Part shown: positions 36,821 through 50,609 of the stretch, in pieces
How the letters are laid out: each line of letters starts with the position of its first letter
Position numbering within the stretch: the first letter of the stretch is position 1
Source of the DNA: Felis catus
Taxonomy: Eukaryota
NCBI RefSeq assembly: GCF_018350175.1
Contig: NC_058368.1
Coordinates: 3,162,001-3,226,000 of the forward strand
Direction: 5' to 3'
Length of the DNA stretch: 64,000 nucleotides
Position numbers and translations under genes: made by a program
Notes under the pieces: generated by a model
Databases searched by the model: none
Told to the model about the DNA's origin: nothing
The model's input: only the letters and a program-made list of their open reading frames with translations

Positions 36821-38149
36821 TTGCTGAAGACAGAGGCGATTTGGGAAAACCCTAGAACACAAGACAGTGCCTGGAGGGCGATCCCTGTAAAGAAGCACTG
36901 AGAGGAGGATATGTGAGGGCAGATGCCGTCTCAGATGGTTTGGCCCCAGCCACCATCTGAACCCAGCATCGGGAGGTCAGGAAAGGCCCTAAACAAGTGC
37001 AACTGAGAAATCACCAGGGCTGGTGCTGGTTGGCCATTCACATTTAATCACCTTACTTATTGCACATGAATTTCACACACTACCAAACAAAACCATGGCA
37101 GAAACTGGAAGAGGAAAGAAAGTTTCTAAAAGGCTGAAATGGTCAGAATGCTACAACAAGTATAAACTTGGACTAATGTAGGATATACCTATGGTCACAC
37201 TGGTTATAAAGGTCCACGACTGAGAGCGGAAATATAAGCCTTCACTATAATACTTTGTAGTCATTTCCAAAATCTCTGACTTTTTTCGAAAGCACAATTA
37301 TTCCAGAACGAACAAAGATCATGCTTTTTAAGTAATGATGATAGTTTTTAAATTAGTGGAGACAGTAACACTGAAGGAATATCACTTTTAAGGGCAAAAC
37401 CAGGCACAATTTTTTTTTTTTTGAGAAATAAGTAAAACCAGACATGAATTTAAAATCAAATATATTCTGGGAAAAGTGAAAACAAACAAACAAACAAAAA
37501 CACAAGAAAGCCTATTGATGCAATTCCTTTATCCGATAACTACGTTGGATGTCCACAATGAGAAGGACATATAATAGGAAAGAAGAACAAACAATTGCTA
37601 TGGTGTATGAATACTACCGTATTTTTACTTACCCTATATTTACTGTATATTTTACTTTAAAACTGGCCGGAACTACTAACACGCAGTATGCAAATAGCTC
37701 AACATATGCAAGTCACCTGTATAAAAAGCTCTTTACTTCTTTTCGTTATGTTAATTGCTTCTAAAACACCTCACCAAAGAGGCTTTCTGGTTGGGTGATG
37801 ACTGTTTTGTGAGCCATGTTGTAGACCCTAAGAGGCGTATCACGACCGGGATGGTAATATATCGAGTCAGGGTGAATAAAAACACGCATCTGAGTCACAG
37901 TCTCTGTCTTACTTTATCCTGACAGAAAAGTTGGGGGCAAATTGCATGGCTGACTTAGTACTGAAGGATATGATCCTTTTGGGTTTTATCCCACAAAGTT
38001 GAAAGCTGCTACCCTCGTTCTTCCTTTTCTCAGCTCTGTCGCAGAACTGAGGTCACAGAGCACGTCTTCATCCCAAGATGGTATCTTCATACCCGCATAG
38101 ACACAGCCCTTGAGATTTGCTTTCCTGGGACAGAGGACCCCAGGTGCTG

Positions 38150-39715
38150 TAAGCCGGTAGGAACACTTCACTAGTAACCTGACTGCAGGCCAAATGCAGA
38201 CTGGCTTGCTAACAAAAAGCTCCTGGGGGCTGCAATTAGAGAAGGGCCCACAGTTTTGCAGGCTCTTCTGCCGGGAATCCTACCAGAACCTCCCCAGGAA
38301 AGATCTGAGCCCATGTGGCCTGGGCAGGGGAAGGAGAAGAGTGAGCTCTCATGAACTCCACCCTCCAAGACTTCCCCCTAGCAAAGCCTTGACTCCCTGG
38401 GAAGAGGAATTTCACCAGAGCAAAACTGAAACCTTCCAAATCACTCCCGCCTCCTCCAGCCTTCCTGGCTCATGTAATGAAAAAAAGAGAAATAAAAGCA
38501 GTAGGCGACAGCAGGCAGGGCTTTAAGGAAACAGGCTGGAGAACTGTAGCGGACTGGGGCAGGGGTGAGGGAGAGGCATGCCCAGGAGGAAGTTGACAAA
38601 GACTTCGAAGACCACACCTCTGAGACACAAGCCCACTCAAACACTGAGACTTAACTAGAAGATCAGAGAACGGCCCTTGCCCCCCCCTCCACCCCACAGT
38701 TATACTAATAAGCCTCCAGTAATAACAGTGGATTAGAGCCGAAAGAACTACCAGACACAGAGTGTCTCTGAGGAATAGTACAAAGAGAAGCTCCAAGGCT
38801 GTAAAGGGAGACAAAAACAAGGACATTAGAGGAGGCCGAAGCCTCTGGTGCCTGTAAACACAACAGACATGAAACATGGCCCAAGCCTTTGCCATATTGA
38901 CATAAAGCCTCACGTTAAAGGTCTATTGACCTCATATCTGTTACCTTTTGCAACACATCTGTTTTCCGAAAAAAAAAAAGAGAAGCAAGCAAGCAAGCAA
39001 AAGAAATGACAAGGAATGTCAAAGGCAAGAGAAACACCGTCTGACGAGACAGAGCAATGACCAGAGCAAAACTCACATATGGCACAGAAGTCGGAAACAT
39101 CACGAAGGGAATTTCCGGCAACTACGGCGAATATGCTAATGACTTTAATGGAAAAGGTCAACTACATGCCAGGCCAGATGGGTAATGTCGGCAGACTGCT
39201 GGAAGTATAAGAAAGAATCGAAAGGAAATACTAGAAAATGAAAAACAAAACTAAAACCACCACCGCAAAACCCACACAGTAACAGAAAGGACCAGTGCCT
39301 TCAATGGGCTCCTTAGGAGATAGATATAACCAGGGAAAGAACCAGTGGGTTTGAAGGTGGGTCAAGAGAAACTTCCAAAACGCAAACACAAAAATAAGAG
39401 TAAAACAAAAGCATCCAAGAACGAGAATGTGGGGCAGAACCAAACGGAACAGGCATATCTGCAAGAAGCAAGAACAAGGCAGAAGAAAGACTTGAAGAAA
39501 TTGCGGCTGAGGAATTTCCAAAACTGATGACAGACACCAAGCTATCGTTTCAAAAACCTCAGAGACCTTCCAAGAGGGATAAGTGCGAAACAACAGCCGC
39601 CACAACAATGGCAACACCAACAACCCCGCTAGGTACATATATTCGAGATGCAGAAACCAGAAAAGAAATCTTGAAGGAAACCAGAGGGGAAAGGCTCCTC
39701 ATCGACAGAGAGAAC
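38150..39715 (+). mobile_element. Ancient L1 5' region and ORF1 remnant (L1MC/MD-type 5' end)
   Basis: gaatatgctaatgactttaatggaaaaggtcaactacatgccaggccagatgggtaatgtc; gaatttccaaaactgatgacagacaccaag; gaaatcttgaaggaaaccagagggg. Confidence 0.75.
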
Positions 39716-40429
39716 ATGTGGAATTTAGCCAAATTATGTCCAATTTATTAGGAATGGAATATAGGAAATGAAACCAACGGGGTCAAGAACTTCGGCCATC
39801 GCTCAAATGACTTTCCATCCAGCTTCAAAGACACCCTGAGGACGATACAATTCAAATCATCTAATGCATAATAGAATGATCATTATATTACCACTGCATT
39901 ATTTTATTTTTATTGTTTAGTGGTAATAATTTTTAAGAATTTAACTGTTTTGTGGATCTAAAGTTTTAGAGGATAGCAGTTTTTATATTTCTTAAGTCTC
40001 AGGAACAAGTATTTGACAGTGTCTTCTTATGGAGCTGCAACTGATGAAATCATATCCAAAGAACATTTCGACACGAGGAGCCCTTAATGGCTGTCCTATT
40101 GCTGGCTATACTATGACCTGTGACATATGAACCTATGACCTCAGTGAAGAGTTGTTGTTATTTAGTGTACAAGCTGAGAGAAACTGCTATCAGCACAGGA
40201 GATAAAATCGGGCATGCTAAAGAACAGAATGTGGGGTTAGAATAATAAGCAGGGCAACAGTCCTGCATTTGGCTTCCGCAATGTGTATCTGTTGATGGAA
40301 TGGGAAAGTCAGGTGGCCCGGCTGTTCTTGTGTGCGCATCGAATGAGAGGGGGCAGAAGAGCTTCTTGGATTTTCAGTTGCCCGTCACCTTAAAAACAAC
40401 GGACATCATGGCATTTCTTTTAAACATTC

Positions 40430-40900
40430 TAAGAGTCTTTGACTGTGAGCTCTAGATCAAGGAATGTCTGAGGCACTGTTTTTCAGCCCCGCTCAGATTT
40501 GGGACACAGTGTTCATTTCTGAGCAGCCACATTTCAAAGGACTGTTTATAAAATAGTGTGAGGGATCTGGAAATTAAAAACGCCATGTGGGGGAACACTT
40601 AATAAAACTTAATAAAACTTTTAGCCAGGATAAAAGAAGGTTCATGGGGAACACTGTGGATGTCTTTTGAGTATCTAAAGTTCTGTTCTGTTGACCATGT
40701 AGTAGGCTCGGTTAGCTTCGATTGGCTCCTGGAAGGTAGAACCGTGAACGATTGTCAAAAGTCGCAAAAGATGGCCAGCTGGCTTGATGTGAATTGGATG
40801 TTTCCAACCCTTGTGCTTTTCAATCAAACAGACCCGAGTGACTACTCCAGAATAGTGTAGAAGGTATTCCTCTTTGAGTAGGAGTTTGGAACAGAGGAAT
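40430..40900 (+). mobile_element. L3/CR1 LINE fragment
   Basis: gtgttcatttctgagcagccacatttcaaaggac...gtgagggatctggaaa...tttagccaggataaaagaagg...ggctcctggaaggtagaacc. Confidence 0.72.
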
Positions 40901-42439
40901 TTTCTTCTTACTCACTTACCGAGTGAGTGGTTTGAAATGGTCCCTGCTTAGTAGTATCAGTAAAGTTTTGCAGTAAATTAGTTGTTAAATAAACGTTCCT
41001 ATAATTACAGCCTAAAGATAGCAACTCCTTGCTTCTTCGAGTGGGTTCTAATCAGCTTGGTTACTTGTCACAAAATATATTTCCACATGTGTTGAGCCAG
41101 GTCGTGATTCTGTAAGGTTTCTAATATTTTCTTTTTGAAGTGACGACCTAAAAACAAAATCATCTGAAGTGAGGCAATATTTTATTAACATCCACCATTT
41201 CGAATAAACATGCTGACATTTCTTTGAAGTATTAAAAAAAAGTATAAAAAGTTTATCCATGAGCTTATGAAAGCTGTAACCACAGCATTATTTGTGCACA
41301 GAAGGGGGAGTCGAGGTGATTGCGCATGGGATTATTTTCACCGTTGGCCATCTAATCAGATATTTGAAGAAATGTTCTAGAAAAAGGAAGTGAGAATGCA
41401 ATGAATTGGAAAAGTTGGAGAGATTGTCTTTCACATGAAGTAAATGAGGAAGGTATTGTAATATGGTAACGAGGCGGTGGGTATGATGCGGTTTCTGTTC
41501 CCAGTCTCCTCCTCTGAATGCTAGCCAGAGTTGGAGAACTTTCCGTAGAGTGATTTGGGAGAAGAAAGGTCCCTGGTGTCATGCAGGGAGCTGGCTTGAG
41601 CCTAAAGGACAGAACTACAAGCTGTCCTTGAGTACAGTTGGCTAAACATGGGGACATAAAAGGATGCTTCATAGAGTAGAGCTGATCCCCATTGAAGAAA
41701 AGACACAGGGATGAAGGTGGGGACGATAGTACAAGACAAGAGAAAGATGAAATATTGGGCGCTGTGGCCTTTGACCTGGGAATTCAATAAAATGAGCCTG
41801 GCGGCCGGGGGAAGGGCAGCTCGGCGTTGATGGAGCAGTGAGCCACCTTAGCTGGTCCTGGAGTGGTTCCTGGGCTCTGGGATGGAACCTTGGGCTGAGC
41901 AGATTCCAACCTTGCCTCATGGTTTCTTCAAATACTTTGTGGGGCTCAAGTAAATGGTGCTTGGAACCCATTAACTTTGGCTTGATCTTCCTATTCCCCG
42001 TTTCCCAGATTCCTTTTCCTGAGGTGGGGAGTGGGGGAGGCACACATTCTCACCTGCACCCCTTTCCTCCTGTCCCACCCCCCTCGCTCACCTCTCCCCT
42101 TCCAGTCAGCGTCCCGCGTATGCCGCCTTATGCCCCGTTCCGGGATGCTTGAGACTTGTACACTCTCACGTGCCTACGCAGGACCTCCGGGTCTTGTACT
42201 TGTTCTGTCCTTGTTGCCTTCCTTCTTCTCAAAATCCTGCTCGGGCAGAGTCCTTGCATCCTTTCTCCTAGCTCAGGAGGCCAGGTGGAGCCTCAGCAGG
42301 CAGCTCGGACAGGCACAGTGTGAGGGGCAAGGCCATGGATACTCCTGTTGAATCATTTCCATCTGGTCAGAGAAATAATGCAGCGGTTGAGGTGGGTAGG
42401 CTCCCATATTGCTTTTATGGAAATCTTTGGACATGCTGT

Positions 42440-42640
42440 CTGATTGACAGGGTCATGGACCATATGACTCCCAGACTCTCCATTAGCCAGTGCTGACCCA
42501 TGTCTGACCACTTGGGGGCCAGATCCCCTCATTTATCTGTACAGATTGTCTTCGAATCGTCTAGAAAATGATTGAGTTGAATGAGATATCGGAACTGAAA
42601 GCACTTTGTGAGCAACAAAACACAGGTGGTGGTTATTGTT
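42440..42640 (+). mobile_element. MIR fragment
   Basis: tcatttatctgtacag...gagttgaatgagatat...aaagcactttgtgagc. Confidence 0.5.
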
Positions 42641-43359
42641 TCGTAACTGCCTCACCTCACATCACTGGCCATTTCAATTTTCCCTTCTAATACCCAATGT
42701 AACCTATTATCTGTGGCCTCTTGTTATTTTCCTCTTTCTAACTATGTGAACAGAGCTGCAAGATAATGAAATTTTAGAGTAAAAGAATAGAAAATAAAGA
42801 AGGTAAAAGCATCAAAAATGTCAGGATAAAGCCAAGAGGTTGGAAGTCAATGCAGTGTATTGTAAACATCAGAAAGAGTAGACGTCTATCTATTAATATC
42901 TATTAAATAATAAATATCTATCCAACTACGTGCTGATTAAAAACCAGGCACTCCGTGGAAAGATCTCCTCACTACTCCCTGTATTTCCCCTGGGAAGGAT
43001 TTCAATTTGAGTGATTTATAACCTCTCTTTCTCCCACTTACCAGATCGCCTGATGCGATTTTTTTCTCTTCTCTCTGCACTCTTCTCTCCTTTTGGGAAG
43101 GGTTTTGACTAGCTGGAAAAACTCAATCCAGAGGAACGACATTAACTGTCTCAGTTAGGTAAAAGACCTCAAGTCATGCTCTCAATTTTTTCAGAAGTTC
43201 TTTTAGTCTCCATTTGTTTGACTTGCAGGGTTCTCCCACATGTGCATGGGGCGGGGCGGGGGGGGGGAAGGAGTGTTTCTATCATGTACCCCTCACACTG
43301 CAACAGGTACTGTGCTAGATGAGTGTGTTGTAATCTGGTCTTAAAATACCATCCAATAG

Positions 43360-43590
43360 CATGAAAGAGTGAACACAGGGGAAATTTAAGACAATGAGTC
43401 AGAAATCTAGAGTTGTGAATCTTAGCTGTATCCTTTGCTAGCTGTGTATTTTGGGGTAAAGTCAGCTTAATGTTTGAGATTTGATCTCCTCATTTGTGGA
43501 AAGAGAATAATAATCCATACCTCAAGGCAATGATATAAGATCCAAGATAATATTGATGTGAAGAAGTTTCATAAACTCTAGTGCTAGATA
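43360..43590 (+). mobile_element. MIR
   Basis: gagtcagaaatctagagtt...ttgctagctgtgtattttggggtaaagtc...ctcctcatttgtggaaagagaataataatccatacctcaagg. Confidence 0.78.
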
Positions 43591-44462
43591 AACCTTGTCC
43601 GACATTGTCTTCCTTATATCAACCTCCCCATATTCACATGCCCACCCCCCCCAGCCCAGTCTCTATCCTGATTATCCACCAGCATACCACAATATTTTCC
43701 TTGTTTCCAAACATAGATTGGGTCCATAGCCTGCAATCCAATTCCCAAATATGAAAATACCAAAAACTGTGTCAGCCCTAGAGTTCATTTATTAACTGTT
43801 GTCTGTTCTATACTCAGACTGTTCTACTCAGTTTGCCACTGACCATGCCCTGCCTAGATTTCTGCCTATAGCTAAATGTCACCTTTCCCTCGCCTTGTGC
43901 TTTCCAAATATTCTCAAGCATATGCTGATAGGTATAAATACGCCACTATAATAATGTCCAAAAGGTAGCAGGTTGAGTTCTTTTCTCTTCTTTTCTTTTT
44001 TGATAGGTGATATATGATGGTTGACTCCAACCCTTGGAGTATGAGGTAGCTCCAAATAAAAACTCATGACCTTAAAACCTTATAATCCCAGTCACTCTTG
44101 GTAAAAGCAGCTGAAAGCTCCATTTATAGAACTTATTTAGAGATTTTCCAGATAATAAGGGTTGAACAGAAACACCAAAGACTGCCCCAGAATAGCAACT
44201 AGGACATTTCCTTTGACAGCTGCAGGAGATCTAGTGGAACTTTAAATCAGTCTCAAAACTGAATTGGGGCTCTGAAACTTGACGAGCTTGCTAACAATAG
44301 CTTAGGGTGCTGAGTAATTGGTAAGGGGGGGAAAACACATAAAAAAGAAAAAAATAATACAGCATGTTACTCATACTATTTGATGGTACCCATGAGTCAT
44401 TAGAGGGGAAATTCACCAGAAAACACAATATTGTGCATATCAACTCCCATGTGGCTAAAAAG

Positions 44463-44465
<3 letters not shown>

Positions 44466-44510
<45 letters not shown>
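44466..44510. repeat. (TA)n microsatellite
   Basis: Direct reading. Confidence 0.98.
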
Positions 44511-44515
<5 letters not shown>

Positions 44516-45169
44516 TCCATCATTCCTGAAAGGGGATACAAGGGTGGATATGTTTTGGACTGGGACTACCATTTCTCTTCGAAACTCTTTTGAGTAAAGA
44601 TACTCGTGGCTCAGCTACACGAGGTTAGGCACTCCACCTTCACTGTAGACTTTGGCCCCGACATCATGTCTCCTTTGTATTGTTAGCAGTGTGCGGGCTG
44701 CTATTATTGATGACAGTGTGATAACAATCTCTGAGATCTAGTGGGGAAAGAGAGTCCTTCCTTGACCTTGGTCTCTATGCCAAGATTGACCCATCCTCAG
44801 TGCCAGGTCTTCCAGCCAATTCCTTCGCTTTGTCCTCAGGCAAGATGGAGGCTGGTTAAATCCCACCCTCGGAGTCGAGCCGACTTCCATATACGTGGGC
44901 TCCACCAAGTGGAGGGTCTGCCTAGAAGCGTCTCTAAACCTCACAGTGTATCGGCAGCTTTGGTTTGGCAATATTGGGCTGTCTGCAGAGTCGTTGTGGT
45001 TAAAACAGAATCTAGTACTAAAGTTTCTGGGTTTTCTGGGTCTTTGAGTGAGGAGAGGTACAGATGGTCCCAGATTTGTGTAATTTTCAAAATACGACAG
45101 AAGAAAACACGGGAACATGTTTGCAATTCTGGGCTACAGAAAGCCTTCTGAAGAGGTTTTGATAGTCAG

Positions 45170-45970
45170 AAGATTTCAAAGAAAATGACAGATTTATAAA
45201 AAAAAAATCAAACATAAAAACTTAGAGTTGGGGAATATACCACAAATAACATTAAAACTTAAGAAGACAGTATTTGTGACACAGAATAGACATAGAATTC
45301 ACATCTGAATATACAAACAGCTACTAAAATTCAACAAGATAAAAAAAAACCTACTCAATAGAAAAAAGGTGACAAGATATGAGCAAGTAACAATTCATAA
45401 AAGAAAAATATGTAATGTGATAAGGCATAGGAACAGTGATTGTAATTAGACACAAAAGCGAATTAATATCGTTTTTATCTCCCGCAGTATCCAAACAAAC
45501 AAATAAAATGTAACCACCCAGCTTATCAAGCTTACGGAGAAACAGAGTATAAGACAGGGTTGGTGAGGCTGCATTTTGGCACAACTCTGTTGGAAGGTCA
45601 TTTGGAGAAATGAACAGATGCTATGATTCAGCAATTTCAGTTCTTGACCGTGACCCTTGGAAATGCTTACTCACATGTATAATGATACATAAACAAGGGT
45701 GTCCAACCTATATCACTTGTAAGGACAAATGGAAACAATCTAAAGTAATGACAGAATATTTTCTAGATGATTACAGTATATCCACACAATGTATTCCGAG
45801 GCAGCCATTGGAAAGGACCATGAGAATTTCTCACTGCAAATTTTTAACTGCAAAAAACAAGTCACATAGCAATAGGATACTGTGGTCACAAAACAAATTC
45901 TGTGTGCATGTGCATGTAAAACAGAAAAAGTTGAAATAATATCCACTAAACTTCTAATTCTGGTAACCTC
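45170..45970 (+). mobile_element. Degenerate L1ME-like 3' portion
   Basis: ctactcaatagaaaaaaggtgacaagatatgagcaagtaacaattcataaaag...tatgattcagcaatttcagttct...aaatggaaacaatctaaa. Confidence 0.75.
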
Positions 45971-46087
45971 GATTGATGAATTAGATGCAATATACCTCTC
46001 CCTCTCGCTCCCTCTCTCTGTCTGAATATATTAAAAATATGAGATATTTTGACATTTTCTGGTGTTTCTCATATATGAGACATTTTA

Positions 46088-46340
46088 TTTTATTTTTTAT
46101 TTTATTTTATCTTATTTATTTTATTTATTATTTTTTTATCTTTATTTTTGAGAGAGAGAGAGAGAGAGACAACGCAAGTGGAGGAGGAACAGAGAGAGAG
46201 AGGGAGACACAGAATCCAAAGCACGCTCCAGGCTCTGAGCTGTCAGCACAGAGACTGATGTGGGGCTCGAACTCACGAACTGCGAGATCATGACTTGAGC
46301 TGAAGTCAGACGCTTAACCGACTGAGCCACGCAGGCGCCC
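46088..46340 (-). mobile_element. CAN-SINE with long AT-rich tail
   Basis: Full SINE; TSD tgagacatttta at 46076-46087 and 46359-46370. Confidence 0.95.
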
Positions 46341-47059
46341 CCCACCCCATCCCCATTGTGAGACATTTTAAAGAAAATATTCTGGAATTAGAAGAATCAC
46401 ATTGAAAATGACAGGTGGAAATTTCTTGGAGCATAAAATTTCTCCTTTTGAATAAAACAATAATGTGTTTTCGTATAACCTTGTTAAGAATCTTTAGAAA
46501 CATGTCATAGATGTTCTTTTGCCCTTCTTCAGTTTTAAACAAGCACAGAAACACGACCTTACAGTTCACAAGTTCAGAGGGACCTGCTTCTGTACCTCTG
46601 CCTTATTTCATTTAGGTCGAAGAAATGGAGGTGGGAGAATTCTCAGCGAGGAAACCGCCTAAGTGCTCATTTGCCCAGGAGAAATCTGAGGTCGAGAGAC
46701 AAGAAACAATCACCAAGGGTCACACTCTGTGTTAGAGCTCCGCCAGCGTAGACTCCTGCCCCAAGCTCCCTGCTCTTGTGAGATCGGGTAGAGAAATAAG
46801 AATAAAGCGAAGTGAATTAAAGAGGTAGGAGTGCATGACGCGCTGTGTTGTGTTAAAGGCGGGCTGGGATTAGGGGCGCACGCCTGCCACGTGAGATTAA
46901 GAAAGGAACTGTCCTGTGTTGGGAAAGTCTGAGCGCCCTTCCAGAAGGCGATAGGCCACAGGGAAACGGGCGAGACAGGTGCCTCCCGCAGCAGAACAGA
47001 TCGATAGCTGCTATCTGAACAATATCAGACCGGTGAGTCCTGAAATTATCCTAATAAAA

Positions 47060-47720
47060 CTAGCATCTTTAAAGACAAGTATAAGAGCCAGTTCTTAGAA
47101 AGTGTTTGACACGTGCCAAGCAGTATTCCTTGGGCCTCAAACGTATTGGTTCTCTTGATTTTCCTAACTGGTAGCTATGGTTATAGGTAATTAACCATGG
47201 CCACAATAATTGTACGTAACAGGCACCCACTCCATGGCATTAGCATACAGCAGCACGCATTTCTGCAGCTTCCGAGTGTTTGGGGAAGGCTGTCCTTGGC
47301 TGGCTTGCTACACGGGCCGGAAGTCAGCTGATCTGGCTCGAACTCAGCCAGGGTTTCTCAGCTCTGCTTCTGTGTCTGCCTTCCTCTTCTCTTTGGTCTA
47401 GCAGGTCACCTCCTCCATGTTCTCCCCGGGCCAATGGCAGATGTGCAAGGTACAAAGCCCAGTTGCAGGCCACACTTCCGTCACCCATGCTCAGTAACCG
47501 GAAAAGACACGTCAGGGAGCCAAACCCAAGTCAAAAGAGTACGTAAGCCACTCTGACCCGTGGAAGGAAGTAAGGGTACAATAATCTAAATTTCCGCAGC
47601 TTGGTACTTCTGCTGTCTCCATAATATGAGTTATTAATCATAACTATTTGCTCAAGGACACAGAATTAGCAAGCGGATTAAATAATACCAAAGCCAGATA
47701 GGTTCAGGGCCCATGCCGTC
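47060..47720 (-). mobile_element. Antisense MIR split by an old MLT1 (J/K-like) LTR at about 47180-47600
   Basis: tgtttgacacgtgccaagcagtatt (MIR); gcttccgagtgtttggggaaggc...ctggctcgaactcagccaggg...gccaaacccaagtcaaaagagta (MLT1); tttgctcaaggacacagaattagcaag (MIR). Confidence 0.55.
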
Positions 47721-48119
47721 TCCACGCTCTTAGCGCCGAGATGCCCACGGTGAGTACTCTTACAGGGACATCACAGTTACGGAACAGCCACACTGGGAGA
47801 AAAGTCTTAGTGTGCAAAATGTTATTGCAGAATGGACCGGACTCAAGCAAAGACGACGGTGTATGTTCGAGGGCTCTCAAACTGCACGGTCAGTTTGTAC
47901 TGAGAAAAGTAGCACTCGTTGGCAATTAGGTTGAGATTCAGTTGCACACAGAGAGCGGGGTTGTCTGATCCGGGGAGGCCCCCAGGAACGAATGTGAAGA
48001 GTAGGAGGATGTTCTTACAAAGCTTTAGAAACATGCTGGATATTTTAAAATCCATTAATTTAGGGGACATGTACTTAATGTATTTTGTACACAATCCCGT
48101 GGGTAGTAAACAGAATAGA

Positions 48120-49420
48120 GTGAAATAATCCTCCCCCCACCCGTAACCTTAGGCATCCAGCTTAGCTCCCTAAGCTCAGCACAATTGCAGGTCTGTCTCC
48201 CACACTTTCAGGAATGTTCTAGGCATATGCAAACACATTTGGATACCTGTTCCTCCTTTACTGTAGACGGTGAACTCCAATTCCTATAGTTCTGCACCTT
48301 TATTCTGTTCCCTTCCAAGACCTTCGAGATCATTCCAAACCAGCTGTCTCTTCCTCATGGCTGCATAAAATGCCTTTCACAGATGTACTAATTTTCCTTT
48401 CTTTACCAGTCCCCTATTGAATATTTAGCTTGTTTCCAATCTTTCGGTATGTAAAAAAATGATGCTGTGATTTTTCTTGGGTGTATGTTATTTATGAAGA
48501 ATATCTCAGTAGCACAAATGCCTGGAACCAGAATTCTCTGGTCACAGAGAATGTGCATTTTGAATTTCAGGAGCTGCAGTCAAAGTGTACTTCCCAGAGG
48601 CTGTATTTTTCTCTTCCCATTGACAATGAATGGAAAGTTCAATCTTCCCAAGTCCTTGTATTATCAAATTTTAGGAGTTTTGCTAATCTGAGAATAACGT
48701 GTTCGATCTTCCCATGTCCTTGTGTTATCTTCCCATGTCCTTGGGAAGGACAACACTTTTGGAGTTTTGCTAATCTGAGAATAACATGTTACAGTTCTAA
48801 TTTGTGTTTCTTCTGACATGAGGGAAGTTGATCACCTTTTTATATCTTTGAGCCCATTTGTACTTCTCTTTTTGTAATCTCTGTGTTATGTTTTTTTTTG
48901 TTTTTTTTCTTGGGCCTCGCTTGTTTAAAAAAAGAATTTCCGGGAGCTTTTTCATGAGGGAAATAAAAGCCATATCTTGTCTCACCAGATTTTTGGTATA
49001 GCTAATACTTCATTAATGGCATTCAGTGCCACACAGATTGCTTTTCAATTTTAATGTTTTCAAAGGCTTCTGGATTTGTGTCATGTTTATAAAAGCTTCC
49101 CTTTCCAAGATTATAAAAAAAACTCTTTCATGATTCATTTTAGCACTTTTATGGTTCATGTTTAAGTGCTTAAAGATTCATCTGGAGTTTATTTTGACGA
49201 GGGAGTGACACGATAAATCCCATTTATTGACTAAGCCAGATTTCCCCCCACTGGTATTAAACGTCCCCTTTATCAAATATAAGTTATTACTCGCTATTTA
49301 ATACCGGTGCTGGATTCTTTATTTAGTTCAGTTTCAGAATATTTTAATTTCTGTAGCTTTGTAATATAGTTTGCTGTCTGCTGGGGCTAGTCTCCTCATT
49401 TTTTTCTAGAATTTTCCTGG
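48120..49420 (-). mobile_element. Ancient L1ME-like 3' portion
   Basis: ccagtcccctattgaatatttagcttgtttccaat; aaatgcctggaaccagaattctctggtcacagagaatgtgcattttgaattt; catctggagtttattttg. Confidence 0.8.
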
Positions 49421-50609
49421 CACTGACCGTTCTTCTCTAAACCTGCGGTGGCTGTGGAAGCCGCCTGGGTCTTCTCAACATCCAAGTTGCTATGGACCTT
49501 TGTGGTTTAAAGTACTACACCCCTGCTCTTAATAAAGCAGTACCAGGAGGAAAAGACCCTTTCATGTTTGAGTAAAAAGGCTCATATAAAGATGAATCAT
49601 GGGGACAGACGCTGAGGTGTCCACAGCAGTCTGAGGGCCATAGCTCTGAGGAGCTCACTGACCTAGTGCTGGACAGTCAGTGGCCGTCTGGCTTACCGGA
49701 GGCTTGGCTTCCTTCACCGTCACACGAAATCCTGGGAAGTGAGAAAGATGCAGCCCAAAGCCCAAGTATTCCCCGCTACGTGCTTAAAGAATTTCCCCTG
49801 CCCTGTGCACAAGAGAGAATTGAAATTTAGGAGCTATCTAATTTAGTCCATATTTATATTCATGATTCACGTAAGAACTCATTTGTTCACAAAATAGAGT
49901 CTTCCAAGATGGATATATTAACACACCGATAAGGTTTATAATTATAAAGGGCTTGCACTTTCTGCCATGGGTCATTCTGCTGAGGGGTAATTTGAAAAAA
50001 GAAAATGAATGTGTTCTTCTCTTCACTGTGCACACAGATGGTCTTTGCTTTATCGTCATTTTCTCTTATTTAAAAAGGAGGAAAAGAATTAACTCACCCT
50101 GGTCCTGGTGTTTCAGTAGGTCTGCCCTTGGTCTGCTTATGTAGTTGGTCTTTATTGAACACCTACTTTCCCTGTCTTTCTTCTTACACTATAGTCATTG
50201 TACTCAGCTTACCTTCCAGCTGCCAGAAAATATTTTACCGTCATGGGAAAAAAGTCACGTCCAACTTAAGTTGATCTTCTGGTAAACGTGAGGCACTGCA
50301 TGAGACACTTCCATACATTTCGTATCACTGAACATGTAAAATTATGCAAGATAGATATCATGATTTCCAAGACGGGGCGGGCGGCGGGGGCGGGGGACTT
50401 GAGTCTCACAGAGGGTAACTGTGTTTCCCAAACTCCAATAGCTAATCAATGTTGCAGCGAGAAATTTCTGGGGATTCTGAGCACATCGTTACAAAGGTCT
50501 ACGTGAGCTGTTACCTTACTCGCCCTTACTCGCCTAACACCACTTTCCTCGTTCCATGCTAAGCTCTAAACAGAATGGCTTCACTTCTGTTTGCCAGTCT
50601 CTCCTGCTC

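Noticed and set aside
36931..36960. Hairpin tcagatggt...accatctga
   Set aside because: A 9-bp stem is too short for a pre-miRNA and is expected by chance
44738..45151. Overlapping antiparallel ORFs of 126 and 136 aa
   Set aside because: No recognisable homology or supporting gene structure
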